DNA of 64,000 nt from an uncultured Phycisphaerales bacterium (GTDB taxonomy: Bacteria; Planctomycetota; Phycisphaerae; Sedimentisphaerales; Anaerobacaceae): contig CAVYYI010000001.1 in the NCBI GenBank assembly GCA_963772725.1, positions 1,056,001 to 1,120,000 on the forward strand. The letters run 5' to 3'. A model generated the notes under the pieces. That model worked only from the letters and a program-made list of their open reading frames with translations. It did no database searches and was not told where the DNA came from. Shown piece by piece: positions 12,068-22,169 of this stretch (positions are counted from its first letter, which is position 1; every line of letters starts with the position of its first letter). Made by a program: the position numbers and the translations under genes.

Positions 12068-13268
12068 CATAAAAAAGTTTTTCGACAACGCGGGCTTAAG
12101 CACTAATCCCCAAACGGATAAGGCCATCCTCGATAAAGTGCTGCAAGCCTGCGAGCAAACACAAAACAAATCCTCAGCGATATATTCGCTGAACAAATGG
12201 AGAATTATCATGAAAAGCAAAATAACAAAACTTGCCGTTGCCGCGGTAATAATTATTGCTGTGCTTATTGGTATAAATCAATTCGGCGGATCGATTGACG
12301 GAACAACTGTAGCTTGGGCAGAAGTATTACACAGACTTAATGATGTTAACCATGTACACTTTTACGAAATAACAACGAATAAAGGAAGTGAATTCCCTTC
12401 TATTCGCGAAGGATGGTATGCTCATGGGAAATTACGAAGTCGTAGCTGTGGAGGTTCCGATAGCTATGGAGCCTATCAGTCATTTGATGACGGCCAAACA
12501 TGGATGGTTTTCGATAGACACAATAATATAACTTGTGTTGCAAAATCTACTTTGACAAATTACCCTACCTTTTTCGAAGCAATAACCGGCGGTATTTTAT
12601 CTTTTGAACTCTCACAGTTCAGTGGCAAAACACCTGTATTAGTTAGTTCTGACTTTCTAATTTACGATTTTGATCCACCCCAAGAAGCTACCTGGATTGA
12701 AAAAATTTCTGTAACCGTTGGCAGAAATTCCCTGATGCCAATACAGATCAAAATTTATTATAAATCAAAGATTTGGTATATCGCAAGTGACCTGCTGTTT
12801 TTTGATTATGAAGAACCGGAAAAGCCTTTAGAGTTTTTCACTATGCCAACAGAAACAAAACCACCGCATGGGATTGGGCAGGTTGTTCTGGGAGGGAATC
12901 CAGTTGAAATTGAACTTCATAATGCGCCAGGAATCAAAAAAGCGATTGTTCGCTTACATACAGAATTTGATGGACCAGTTGAAGACCTATTAGCGCCATA
13001 TCGCGAGAGATACGAAATAAATGGTGCCCCTGTTTACTTTATGGAAATAACATTTATCATCGACGAAGGGTACAGAAGTATAACATCCCAAAAATGTCCC
13101 CTTTGGCTTAATCAAGGTACTAAGGCCGCTCTTGGAAAGGATAACTGGCCGGACGGCAAATATCGGAACATTCGTTACACGCCTGTCTTGAGGCCAACTA
13201 ATAAAGAAAATGTATTTACTCTTGAGCTAAGTTGCTGGCTTTGGACAAAAGAAGATGCGATTCAATAG
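12051..13268 (+). CDS. Probable membrane anti-sigma factor with large extracytoplasmic domain (cassette 2)
   Basis: Overlaps the sigma stop; MRP...TNPQTDKAIL...KSKITKLAVAAVII TM, then about 320 aa beta-rich domain. Confidence 0.75.
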   Translation: MRPTDDIKKFFDNAGLSTNPQTDKAILDKVLQACEQTQNKSSAIYSLNKWRIIMKSKITKLAVAAVIIIAVLIGINQFGGSIDGTTVAWAEVLHRLNDVNHVHFYEITTNKGSEFPSIREGWYAHGKLRSRSCGGSDSYGAYQSFDDGQTWMVFDRHNNITCVAKSTLTNYPTFFEAITGGILSFELSQFSGKTPVLVSSDFLIYDFDPPQEATWIEKISVTVGRNSLMPIQIKIYYKSKIWYIASDLLFFDYEEPEKPLEFFTMPTETKPPHGIGQVVLGGNPVEIELHNAPGIKKAIVRLHTEFDGPVEDLLAPYRERYEINGAPVYFMEITFIIDEGYRSITSQKCPLWLNQGTKAALGKDNWPDGKYRNIRYTPVLRPTNKENVFTLELSCWLWTKEDAIQ

Positions 13269-13271
13269 CTA

Positions 13272-14757
13272 GTCGTCCCTGAAAAATAATTTAACTTTTT
13301 TGTATATAAAGGCTTGCAATTTAAAAATCTGGCGCTAAATTGCAGGGAAATGATATTTATTATTAATTTCCTTGCAAAACATGGAGGTTTTTATGCAGCC
13401 TAAACAACAAAGCAATTCCCAGTCAATGTTATTCACCTCGAAGCTGGAGCAGATACTAAACGAGCAGCATCCTTTATATAAACTGGCAAATATCATCATC
13501 TGGTCAGAGTTTGATGCCGCCTTCGGTAAACTCTATGATCCGGGCTTCGGCAGACCAGCCAAACCCACCCGCCTTATGGCAGGACTTCATTATCTCAAAA
13601 GCGCATATAATCTCAGCGATGAGTCTGTAGTTGAGAGATGGATAGAGAATCCTTACTGGCAGTATTTTTGCGGAGAGCAATATTTTCAGCATGAATTTCC
13701 GATTGACCCAACCAGTATGACCAAATGGCGTAACCGGATTAAGGACGCTGGTATGGAAAAGCTGCTTGAGCAGACCATAAGCGCAGGCCTTAAAACCGGC
13801 ACAGTTAAACCGCATCAGTTAAAAAAGATAGTAGTCGATACAACGGTGCAGGAAAAGGCGACAGCCTTTCCGACCGATGCACGCCTTTATCATAAGATGA
13901 GAGTAAAGCTTGTCAAAAAGGCACAGGATAATGACATAGAACTTAGGCAGAGTTATCAGAGGGTAGCCAAAAGGGCTTTTGTTATGCAGCACAGATTTTC
14001 ACACGCCAGGCAGTTCAAAAAAGCGGATAAGCAATTAAGGAAACTAAAGACCTGTCTGGGAAGAGTTACAAGGGATATAGAGCGTAAGATATTGCAGAAG
14101 CCTCAATTGCAGCAGGAGTTTTCAGAATTGCTCGATATGTCCAGGATGTTATTATCACAGAAACGGGACAGCAGTAACAAGCTATACAGTATTCACCGCC
14201 GGAGGTTAACTGCATAAGCAAGGGCAAGGCACACAAGAAGTATGAGTTTGGCTGTAAGGTGGCACTGGCGTCTCCCGCTCAAAACGCCTTTGTAGTCGCA
14301 GCGGTTGCTTTTGAAGGGAATCCATATGATGGACATACGTTAAAAGATACACTCTCCCAGACGATGAAACTGCTGGATAAAAAAGGTTTTGAAGATGTTT
14401 ATGTTGATGACGGGTACAAAGGTCATGGCTGTGGAGATATTGCGGAGGTTCATATCGTCAAAAGGGGCTGGCGAAAGCTGCCGAGAAGTATTCGAAAGTG
14501 GTACAGCAGGCGAAGTATGATTGAGCCTGTGATAGGACATTGTAAATCTGATAACGGTCTGGACAGAAACTACCTCAAGGGCGTCGAAGGCGATAAGGTT
14601 AATGCGATATTGAGCGCTTGCGGGTTTAATATCCGCAAGTTGCTGCGGAAAATTATTTTTTGGCTTTGCCGGTTTATTCAAAATTTGGGGCTGTCGGCAG
14701 AATTTGCCCAGCTTACATATGCCGCCTGAAACTGAAATCTACTTTTTCAGGGACGAC
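13272..14757 (+). mobile_element. IS5-family insertion sequence
   Basis: Perfect 15-bp IRs GTCGTCCCTGAAAAA / TTTTTCAGGGACGAC with TA on both sides. Confidence 0.92.
13393..14729 (+). pseudogene. IS5-family transposase with a frameshift near 14196
   Basis: GRPAKPTRLMAGL, ENPYWQYFCGE, VDTTVQEK, KGKAHKKYEFGCKV and RRSMIEPVIGHCK; LYSIH(A)PEV lacks one base. Confidence 0.9.
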
Positions 14758-14765
14758 TATTTAAT

Positions 14766-14807
14766 GTCCACGATTGATGCACGGTCAATGCACGTTCGAT
14801 GCACGTT
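14766..14807. repeat. Four 11-bp-phased direct repeats (ATGCACG core)
   Basis: CACG cores at 14769, 14780, 14791 and 14802. Confidence 0.7.
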
Positions 14808-15132
14808 TGGTGTTCGCCCATTGTTGTATCTGCTGTAATTGCAGACAGTTATGCGAGTCGTTACCTGTTCGGTTTTGAGTTCATCCTCCGTTCGTTTTTT
14901 GACTATTTTCAAAAAGTTACTTTTTGGGCCATTGACGCGATATCCGCGTTTTTGATTCGGCCACAGGAAGATAACCTCACGTAGCAAACAACGAATAAGC
15001 CTGCCGTTCGAATGCGAAGGCATACGTAAAAAATAAGTATCCAAGCACAAGGCCGCACAAGCAAGTCAGCCTCTGGTCTTAGTAAAGAATTACCCTTCAT
15101 AAAACCATAGAGAGACAGCTATATAAAAATTT

Positions 15133-15778
15133 CTAACTTACCAGTATAAACATTGCCATAGCTGTCGCACATATAGGGCATTTAGAACCCGTGAGCCACA
15201 TCCACGACGTTGCCGCAAAGAGGACAAACATAAAAATCTTTTTTCTGGCCTTTCCAATTGTCCAAATTATCGATGGCTGTTTTATACCATTTAGCGTGAA
15301 CGGCTTCGGCTGCCCCTGCATCTTCAAAGGCATCTACGGCAGACTTGATTTTATCTTGCTCTGCTTTAGCTAAAAACTCGGGATACATCACAGTCGATTC
15401 ATGAATTTCACCCTTCATAGCGGCTTCAAGATTTTCCTTTGTTGATTTCACAACCGGAGTTTCAATTTCTGCCTTTGGAGTGCCTCCGAGTTCCTTTATA
15501 ACAGCCGCGTGATGTTCAAAATGGACATGCTCAGCTCTGGCTGCCGCCCTGAAGAGACTTGCAACCTGCCCGTATCCTTCCTCGTCCGCCTTTTTGGCAA
15601 ATGCCAAATAGCGGGCATTGGCATTGCTCTCACCATTATAGGCAGTTAAAAGATTATCGAGAGTTGCCTTTGAAGCTGACGGTGGTGCCTTTTTCTCGGT
15701 ACAGCCATTGAAAGAAAGGAACAATACCGCCAAAAGTAAGAGAAATGTCCTGCTGGAAATATTTCGTTTGGTTTTCAT
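15133..15778 (-). CDS. Rubrerythrin with N-terminal lipoprotein signal (frameshift near 15196)
   Basis: AYNGESNANARY, ARAEHVH, GEIHE and AEAVH diiron motifs; CPLC and CPIC rubredoxin-like pairs split across frames by one extra G; signal ends LSFNG-C. Confidence 0.85.
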
Positions 15779-15918
15779 ATTTATCCCCTTTACAAAAATT
15801 AGAAATTTTCTTACCGCCCTGACCTTACGCATATATTTTACATTGCGGTCAACAACCTTGCAAGAATATATTGTTTATTTTCCTTCGTGGGGAACTTTTC
15901 TTATTCATGCCACTTTCC

Positions 15919-15942
15919 GTAGGGTGGGGTCTTTACCCCGCC
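15919..15942 (+). repeat. GTAG-type REP-like hairpin
   Basis: GTAG-GGTGGGGT-CTTT-ACCCCGCC; a related hairpin lies on the minus strand at 35270-35291. Confidence 0.55.
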
Positions 15943-16052
15943 AATAATCTGATGATAAAATAATAAAAAGTGGGGTTGTGCCCCTTAACATGTAAAACTG
16001 ATTCAATATAACAACCATAGACAAATCACTCCTCTCCAATTAGAATAACGAC

Positions 16053-16997
16053 ATGCAGATTTATCCGTTAAAATTTAGGCCGATTTATAAACCCAGAATA
16101 TGGGGCGGGCAGAAGCTCCGCACTTTTTTTAATAAAGACATCCCCGCAAACGAAAAAATCGGTGAAAGCTGGGAACTGGCAGACCTGCCTGATGATAAGT
16201 CCATAATCGCAAACGGTGAATTTGCCGGCCAGCCGCTCTACTCAATCATTAAAAAATATCCAGAGCAGATTACAGGCCAAAAGAATTTTCCCGACCAATT
16301 CCCCCTGCTGATTAAACTCCTCGATGCTCAGGACATACTCAGCGTACAGGTACATCCCGATGATAAAACCTGTCAGCGCACCGGCAAAGGCGTTCCCAAA
16401 ACCGAATGCTGGTATATCATCTCCGCCGAAAGCAACGCCGTCATTTACAGAGGACTTAAAAAAGGTGTGACAAAACCGCAATTCGCCGAGGCCATAAAAA
16501 ACGGAAATGTCGCCGACCTTCTCGAAAAAATAACCGTCACCCAAGGCCAATGCTACTTTCTCCCCGCAGGCACCCCGCATGCCATCGGCGCCGGTTTATT
16601 AATCGCCGAAATCCAAACCCCTTCCGATACCACTTACCGCGTCTTCGACTGGAACCGCACCGATGAATCCGGAAAATCAAGACTTTTGCACATCGATGAA
16701 GCACTCGAAAGTATCAACTTTGAAAAACAGCAAAACCTCCCACCAAAAACAACCGGCCGCCTGGCCGATTGCAAATTCTTCAAAATAGATAAAACCATCA
16801 CTCCCAAAGGAACCAGCGTCCCCATTACACCCGGCAAAATGAAAACGCTGATTATCTTAAGCGGTTCTGGAACAATCCACACCGATGGCTCCGATACGGT
16901 CGAGTTTAACCCAGGCGACACCATCCTCATCCCTGCCGTCTGCAAAGGTTTGATTATATTTGCCAACAAAGCCGAATATCTGACCGTAACCCTCTAA
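16053..16997 (+). CDS. manA: Mannose-6-phosphate isomerase, class I (cupin)
   Basis: RIWGG, GESWE, LSVQVHP, KTECWY, PAGTPHA and EIQTPSDTTYR motifs. Confidence 0.9.
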   Translation: MQIYPLKFRPIYKPRIWGGQKLRTFFNKDIPANEKIGESWELADLPDDKSIIANGEFAGQPLYSIIKKYPEQITGQKNFPDQFPLLIKLLDAQDILSVQVHPDDKTCQRTGKGVPKTECWYIISAESNAVIYRGLKKGVTKPQFAEAIKNGNVADLLEKITVTQGQCYFLPAGTPHAIGAGLLIAEIQTPSDTTYRVFDWNRTDESGKSRLLHIDEALESINFEKQQNLPPKTTGRLADCKFFKIDKTITPKGTSVPITPGKMKTLIILSGSGTIHTDGSDTVEFNPGDTILIPAVCKGLIIFANKAEYLTVTL

Positions 16998-17043
16998 CCA
17001 AACTCAAAATTATTTTTATCTCTGTGGCTAATATTTTTGCTTT

Positions 17044-18204
17044 TTAATTTTTCTTCCTGATTGCGCCGCGGAGTCCTTCCATTTTCAGAAAACCTTTTTT
17101 CCAGACTATAAAAGCTGAAATAACTACCACCAGAATATAAACTACGCCGGCATACCTCGTCCTGACCTGGCTCATCGCCAATCCTATAAATACGTACACA
17201 CCTGCCAAAGCATAAAAAGTTCTCACCGTCTTTTTAAGCGGCACCCCCCTGTCTATCAACTGGTCGTAAATATGTCCCCTGTCCGAAACAAACAAAGGCC
17301 TGTGATTAACCAATCTCCTCACCATCGCGACCGCCGTATCCAGTATCGGCAGCCCGAACACCACAATTGACGCCATCCACCACCGAACAGCTCCCCTGGC
17401 AAAAAGAATCATTATCGCCGCCATTATAAACCCCAGCAGCATACTCCCAGCGTCTCCCATAAATATCTTCGCCGGATACCGGTTAAAAGGCAAAAATCCG
17501 AATACTCCCCCCACCAGCGCAACGCAAACAATAAGACGCACATGGTCATTCGGGTCATCCAGACCATTGGTTGCCCACGTCGCCAGATGAATCGATAACA
17601 CCAGCATTCCCATCGTGATAATGCCCGTTACCCCCGCGCAAAGCCCATCCAGCCCATCCAGCAGGTTCAGCGAATTTGTCGCGCCAAGGACAAAAAATAC
17701 CACGACCAACACACTTAGAACTATTTCTATATTTGTTGGTATTGTTATACCAAATAAGTAATTAATGAAATAAAGATTGGGCAGGATACCCACAAACACA
17801 AGAATCATCGCCGCGAAAATCTGACCGAGCATTTTCTGACCGGGCTTTAAATTGAAAATATCGTCCACCAAACCTACAAAGCACGCTATAATTGCCCCCG
17901 CAACTATCCCAAGCAGCCATTTTATCATCTCACGTGAAAGCTGCATATCACCAAGAAAATAGATGCTTACCAGTATCCCCCCGCACAAACCTGCCAGGAT
18001 TCCCAAACCGCCAAGATACGCCACCGGCTCTTTATGAGTCTTCACAAGGTCGTCGGGCTTGTCCACAATTCCAAACCTTATCGCGATTTTTTTGCACAGC
18101 CAGGTCGCCGCCAGTGAACCTGCGAAAGATACCGCCAATACCGGCCAAAATCTAAATACCCACGTAACAGGCCGCTCAGGCCCGATAATACTATCGAAAA
18201 TCAT
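17044..18204 (-). CDS. WecA/TagO-like polyprenyl-phosphate GlcNAc-1-phosphate transferase (MraY/WecA family)
   Basis: GLVDD, NSLNLLDGLDGL, IFMGDAGS and DRGHI motifs; multiple TMs. Confidence 0.9.
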   Translation of the reverse strand: MIFDSIIGPERPVTWVFRFWPVLAVSFAGSLAATWLCKKIAIRFGIVDKPDDLVKTHKEPVAYLGGLGILAGLCGGILVSIYFLGDMQLSREMIKWLLGIVAGAIIACFVGLVDDIFNLKPGQKMLGQIFAAMILVFVGILPNLYFINYLFGITIPTNIEIVLSVLVVVFFVLGATNSLNLLDGLDGLCAGVTGIITMGMLVLSIHLATWATNGLDDPNDHVRLIVCVALVGGVFGFLPFNRYPAKIFMGDAGSMLLGFIMAAIMILFARGAVRWWMASIVVFGLPILDTAVAMVRRLVNHRPLFVSDRGHIYDQLIDRGVPLKKTVRTFYALAGVYVFIGLAMSQVRTRYAGVVYILVVVISAFIVWKKGFLKMEGLRGAIRKKN

Positions 18205-19214
18205 TTTACGCCTCTGTTCATTTCACCTTCCAGCCATACTTCGCCGTCATAACGAAGCATTATCAGCTTATCACTGAAATCACCAAAACCGATTTGCGGC
18301 CTTTTATCAAGAACCTCTTGCAATACCCATTTGGCGAAATCCGCACCTGCCTTGATTGATAAAGGCACCCCCCCTCCAAATCGCGGATTTATCTCGATAA
18401 TTTTTATCTTATTATCCGATGTTAAAAACAACTGAATGGTTATAACTCCCGGCCCGGCGCCGAGTTTCTCAACCAGTTTCGCCGCTTCTTTCATTATGTG
18501 AGAATTCTTAACCGTCTGCGCCTTGCTCACCTCGCCGCTTCTTACCTCAATGCGCCTCCTCGGCACCACACAGCGAACCTTCATATCGAAATCCACATAC
18601 ACATCGCACGTATATTCTGTGCCTTTAATAAATTCCTGCGCTATGCAGTTCGGTATCCTCTTACTCAAACACGTCAGTTCGCTGCGATTATGAACAACTG
18701 CCGTCCCCTTGCTCGCGTAACCATCCCATGGCTTTAAAAAAACCGGCCACTCAATCCTCTTCTTCCTTAATGCCGCCCTCGCACTTTTTGTTACAGGCGT
18801 ATCAAATCCGTTTCTCCGCAAAAAGCGATACATCTGCCTTTTATCCTGGCATATATCAACCACCTCCGGCGATGAAATCAGAACTCGACAGCCAAGCTTT
18901 TCAAATTTTGCTTTATTTCTCGCCAGAAGTTTAAGGTCCAAATCAACCGTGGGAACCAGCAATCTCACTTTGTCGGATTTAACTATGGCCAGCAATTGGC
19001 CTATATAATCGGCGTGTTTCGTCGGCTTAACTATAAAGCCCTTATCGCACAATTGCAGCGCCGAACTAAGTTCCGTTGTGTCCGTTCCGAACACCAGGCT
19101 TTTTATCCTTAATTCCTTCGCCGCTCTGCGAAAATTATTCAGCAGAGAAACCCTTCTGCCTATACACGTAAATAAAATATTTATCTCACTGCGACCGGTC
19201 TTTGTCTTAATCAT
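18201..19214 (-). CDS. ATP-grasp protein (carbamoyl-phosphate synthase-like, sugar-locus type)
   Basis: NILFTCIGRRV, FLKPWDGYAS, QEFIKGTEYT and IEINPRFGGG motifs. Confidence 0.88.
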   Translation of the reverse strand: MIKTKTGRSEINILFTCIGRRVSLLNNFRRAAKELRIKSLVFGTDTTELSSALQLCDKGFIVKPTKHADYIGQLLAIVKSDKVRLLVPTVDLDLKLLARNKAKFEKLGCRVLISSPEVVDICQDKRQMYRFLRRNGFDTPVTKSARAALRKKRIEWPVFLKPWDGYASKGTAVVHNRSELTCLSKRIPNCIAQEFIKGTEYTCDVYVDFDMKVRCVVPRRRIEVRSGEVSKAQTVKNSHIMKEAAKLVEKLGAGPGVITIQLFLTSDNKIKIIEINPRFGGGVPLSIKAGADFAKWVLQEVLDKRPQIGFGDFSDKLIMLRYDGEVWLEGEMNRGVK

Positions 19215-19285
19215 TCCTATTTTCCAATTCCCTTACCTGCTGCAATAAATAATGCACAACAACGAATATGGGACTCTCTTAACAT

Positions 19286-19329
19286 ATTCTTTCTGTATTC
19301 TGGACTTCTATATTCTGGACTTCTTTTCT
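19286..19329 (-). repeat. 7-mer-type tandem repeat (AGAATAC/AGAAGTCC) upstream of the ATP-grasp gene
   Basis: TTCTGTATTCTGGACTTCTATATTCTGGACTTCT on the plus strand; same unit class as at 9570-9603. Confidence 0.6.
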
Positions 19330-19771
19330 AATCATAGTATTTGCCTATAAATAGTCAATCGGATTATTATCGTGTCCGCTTTAATATTATCGGGTTTTAA
19401 CACATATCCCAAACGCCTGATTTCTTCTGTTTTTTTTGAACTCATAACAATTTTGAAGAAAGATTTGTGTTTTTTTGCAGCATAGAATAATATAACAATT
19501 CGACGACAACGCTAAAGCCGGCTTCGATGCAAACTCAAAGGGCCAGGCAATTCCAACCCACGGCCTTTTTTTTATCTAAAATCCCACACCATCAATCGAA
19601 ATAATCTTCACTAATAATGGTGGGGAAGTTTTTGTTCAACCATTTTTCCGTTCTGCGGTAAGGGAAAATTCTATTCTGGAATATTCCTGTTAATGAACAT
19701 TTCTATTTTTAGAACAACAGCCGTCCATAGACGTATAATTTATCAGGGATAAAAGAAAAAGGAGGCTTAGT

Positions 19772-20266
19772 ATGGAAACAGAATTGGAAAAAGCAATGCG
19801 TGATTTGACGTTCAGGATGCGGCTTATCAAGGCCGGCCAGGAAGAACAGGTTGAGCAGGTATGCCTGACGGAACGCGAGATGCTGATACTTGAGTTATTG
19901 AGCGAAAACAGCGAAATGGCGGTTTCGCAGCTCTCGGCAGCAGATCCGACGGCCAGCGACAGCACGATTTCAAGCACAATAACAAAACTCTGGCGAAACA
20001 AGAAAATGGTTACTAAGACCATAAGCCCTGAAAACCAGAGAACGACGATAATCGGACTGACCGACAAAGGCAGAGATGTAATCGAATCGCTTAATAAACA
20101 GCAGAACGAACGATTCCAAAAATTCATCGAGGCAATCAATGTAACCCCAGACGAAAAGATGGTAATGCTGAATGTATTTAAACGCGCAAATCGTTTCTTT
20201 GACAACCACCTCAGAATTAATAATCACTATAAGAAAGAAGCGGAACCTATTAAAATGAGGGCTTAA
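19772..20266 (+). CDS. MarR-family transcriptional regulator
   Basis: LTEREMLILELL...STISSTITKL...SPENQRTTIIGLTDKG winged helix; GGAGG RBS. Confidence 0.85.
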   Translation: METELEKAMRDLTFRMRLIKAGQEEQVEQVCLTEREMLILELLSENSEMAVSQLSAADPTASDSTISSTITKLWRNKKMVTKTISPENQRTTIIGLTDKGRDVIESLNKQQNERFQKFIEAINVTPDEKMVMLNVFKRANRFFDNHLRINNHYKKEAEPIKMRA

Positions 20267-20292
20267 AACCCGCCATAGAAAGGCGGTGACTT

Positions 20293-22059
20293 ATGTTTAT
20301 GATGAAACAGAAAAATATTAAACATTTGCTTATGGATGGCAGCATGATAATTTTAATCATGCTCGCACAATCCGCTTTTGCACGGGGCGGAGGCGACAGA
20401 GGCGGCAGAACAGAGGGAGGCGGTTTTTCTGAGAGACCGCAAATATCCCAGAGTTCCTCGCAGTTCACAGGCGTAAGACAAAACGTTATGGGCACCAGAC
20501 AGAACGTGATGGACACGAGGGAAAATGTTATGGGCACCAGAGAACATGTTTATTCTGCTCCGCGAACCGTTATAGAACCCCAGATAAGAGAGAATAGTTT
20601 TCAGCCCGCGAGAGAAAGCAGACGCTTCATACGCGACAGCAGAATCAGCAGTCCCGAAACAAGGCAATCGCGAAGTACATTCAGCAGCGATAGAATATCT
20701 CGTGAAGATTTAGGCAGCAGGATGAATGTAAGAGACCAGTCGGATACCGAAAGAAGGACAGAGAGAGGTTCAAACAATTTGAGTCCCTCTTCAATCGCAA
20801 GCGAGCGGCGCAACGCAGGTATCTCACAAAGAGAATCAGCCATAACAGCCAGAGAGTTTCAAAGACCGGCTGAAAACGACCCGATAAGAACAAATACCGG
20901 CGGTAATATAATGGTGTTCTCACCCGACAGAAGTTCCGCGAGAAGCGGGATTTCCCATCGTAATGAAACCACAAAAAGAGATAGCCAATTCAAATCGATA
21001 GGCAGGAGTACGACTCTGAATCATGAGAATATCGGCCTCAACGTCGTTAACAGCATATCTCCCCGTGATACGATACAAAGAAGCAGTTCATGGTCAGGCA
21101 CAAGAGACAATTTCAGCCATAACCAAATCGATGGACACTTCAGGGATGGACATTTTATTAACGCCCATCGCCACGAGTTTGTCTTCCATGACCGTGATCA
21201 TGATGATTTTATTTGCCATCGGATTGTAACACCAGACTTCTTCTTTACAGCATCTTTCGGCTTTGGCTCATGGCGCACATCTTGTTCAATATATCCATAC
21301 TATCACCGCGGATTTCTCTTTGTAAATCCGTGCGGATACTGGCCCGGCTACACGTATCGGCGCTATTACTGGTACGGGTGCTATCCGTATTACTGGTACG
21401 GCTACAATCCTATCCCGTATGGATACGATTATAGCTACGGCGGCGATACCTATAACTATTACACATACAACTACGGCAGCGACAGCAACACAGCATCGCA
21501 GCCCAGCGGCAATTATGACAACAGCCAGGTTCAGGTTCAACCGCCTGTGCCCAAAACTTCGGCGGATGAGTACTTCGACCAGGGCGTCAAGGCTTTCGGC
21601 TCAGACGATTATAAAACCGCGATAGCAAAATTCGCAGATGCAACCAGACTTTCACCTGATGATAAAGTTCTGCCGTTCGCTTATTCACAGGCATTCTTAG
21701 CGAATGGGGATTACGAAGCGGCGGCAATAGAACTTAGAGCGGCACTTGCGAAAGTCGACTCTGTAAGTCAGGGCGTATTCTATCCTCGCGGATTGTATTC
21801 AAGCGATGATGTCCTCCTGAAACAGATTGACACACTGAGCGAAAAGGCAAGTCAGAATCCACAGGATGCGAATTTACAGCTTCTGCTTGGTTATCAGCAG
21901 CTCGGCATCGGTGAGCTTGATAAGGCCGCTGAACCACTGAAGAACGCCAGCCTTGACTCTCTGAACGGCGACGCAGCAAAGGCTTTGATGCAGCTTCTGA
22001 GTAAACTCCAATCTGCTGAAACTACAGCCGCGGCACCTGCGAGTGAACCATCCAAATAA
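20293..22059 (+). CDS. Secreted low-complexity protein with Tyr/Gly-rich region and C-terminal TPRs
   Basis: Signal peptide ending SAFA; R/S-rich disordered region with three (Q/E)NVM(G/D)TR repeats; YYWYG repeats; TPR-like helices (YFDQGVKAF, LLLGYQQLG). Confidence 0.8.
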   Translation: MFMMKQKNIKHLLMDGSMIILIMLAQSAFARGGGDRGGRTEGGGFSERPQISQSSSQFTGVRQNVMGTRQNVMDTRENVMGTREHVYSAPRTVIEPQIRENSFQPARESRRFIRDSRISSPETRQSRSTFSSDRISREDLGSRMNVRDQSDTERRTERGSNNLSPSSIASERRNAGISQRESAITAREFQRPAENDPIRTNTGGNIMVFSPDRSSARSGISHRNETTKRDSQFKSIGRSTTLNHENIGLNVVNSISPRDTIQRSSSWSGTRDNFSHNQIDGHFRDGHFINAHRHEFVFHDRDHDDFICHRIVTPDFFFTASFGFGSWRTSCSIYPYYHRGFLFVNPCGYWPGYTYRRYYWYGCYPYYWYGYNPIPYGYDYSYGGDTYNYYTYNYGSDSNTASQPSGNYDNSQVQVQPPVPKTSADEYFDQGVKAFGSDDYKTAIAKFADATRLSPDDKVLPFAYSQAFLANGDYEAAAIELRAALAKVDSVSQGVFYPRGLYSSDDVLLKQIDTLSEKASQNPQDANLQLLLGYQQLGIGELDKAAEPLKNASLDSLNGDAAKALMQLLSKLQSAETTAAAPASEPSK

Positions 22060-22081
22060 CAAATATTCTGACCGAGGTTAA

Positions 22082-22127
22082 ACCGCTAAATCCTCACATT
22101 CTTCGGAATGTGAGCGAGTTTAGCGGT
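22082..22127. terminator. Long hairpin between convergent genes (bidirectional terminator or REP-like)
   Basis: ACCGCTAAA..CTCACATTC-TTCG-GAATGTGAG..TTTAGCGGT; no clear U-tract. Confidence 0.55.
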
Positions 22128-22169
22128 GGAATGAGCTACGAAACTAATTCTCTTAGCCTCACCCGCTTG

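Noticed and set aside
14757..15100. Short ORFs downstream of IS5
   Set aside because: Three mutually overlapping ORFs with no RBS or motif support.
19495..19575. Possible riboswitch or attenuator between the ATP-grasp and MarR genes
   Set aside because: It has a weak GGCC stem with a T-tract and a GCTAAAGCC motif, but I could not fit it to c-di-GMP-I or any other aptamer; an Rfam search is needed.
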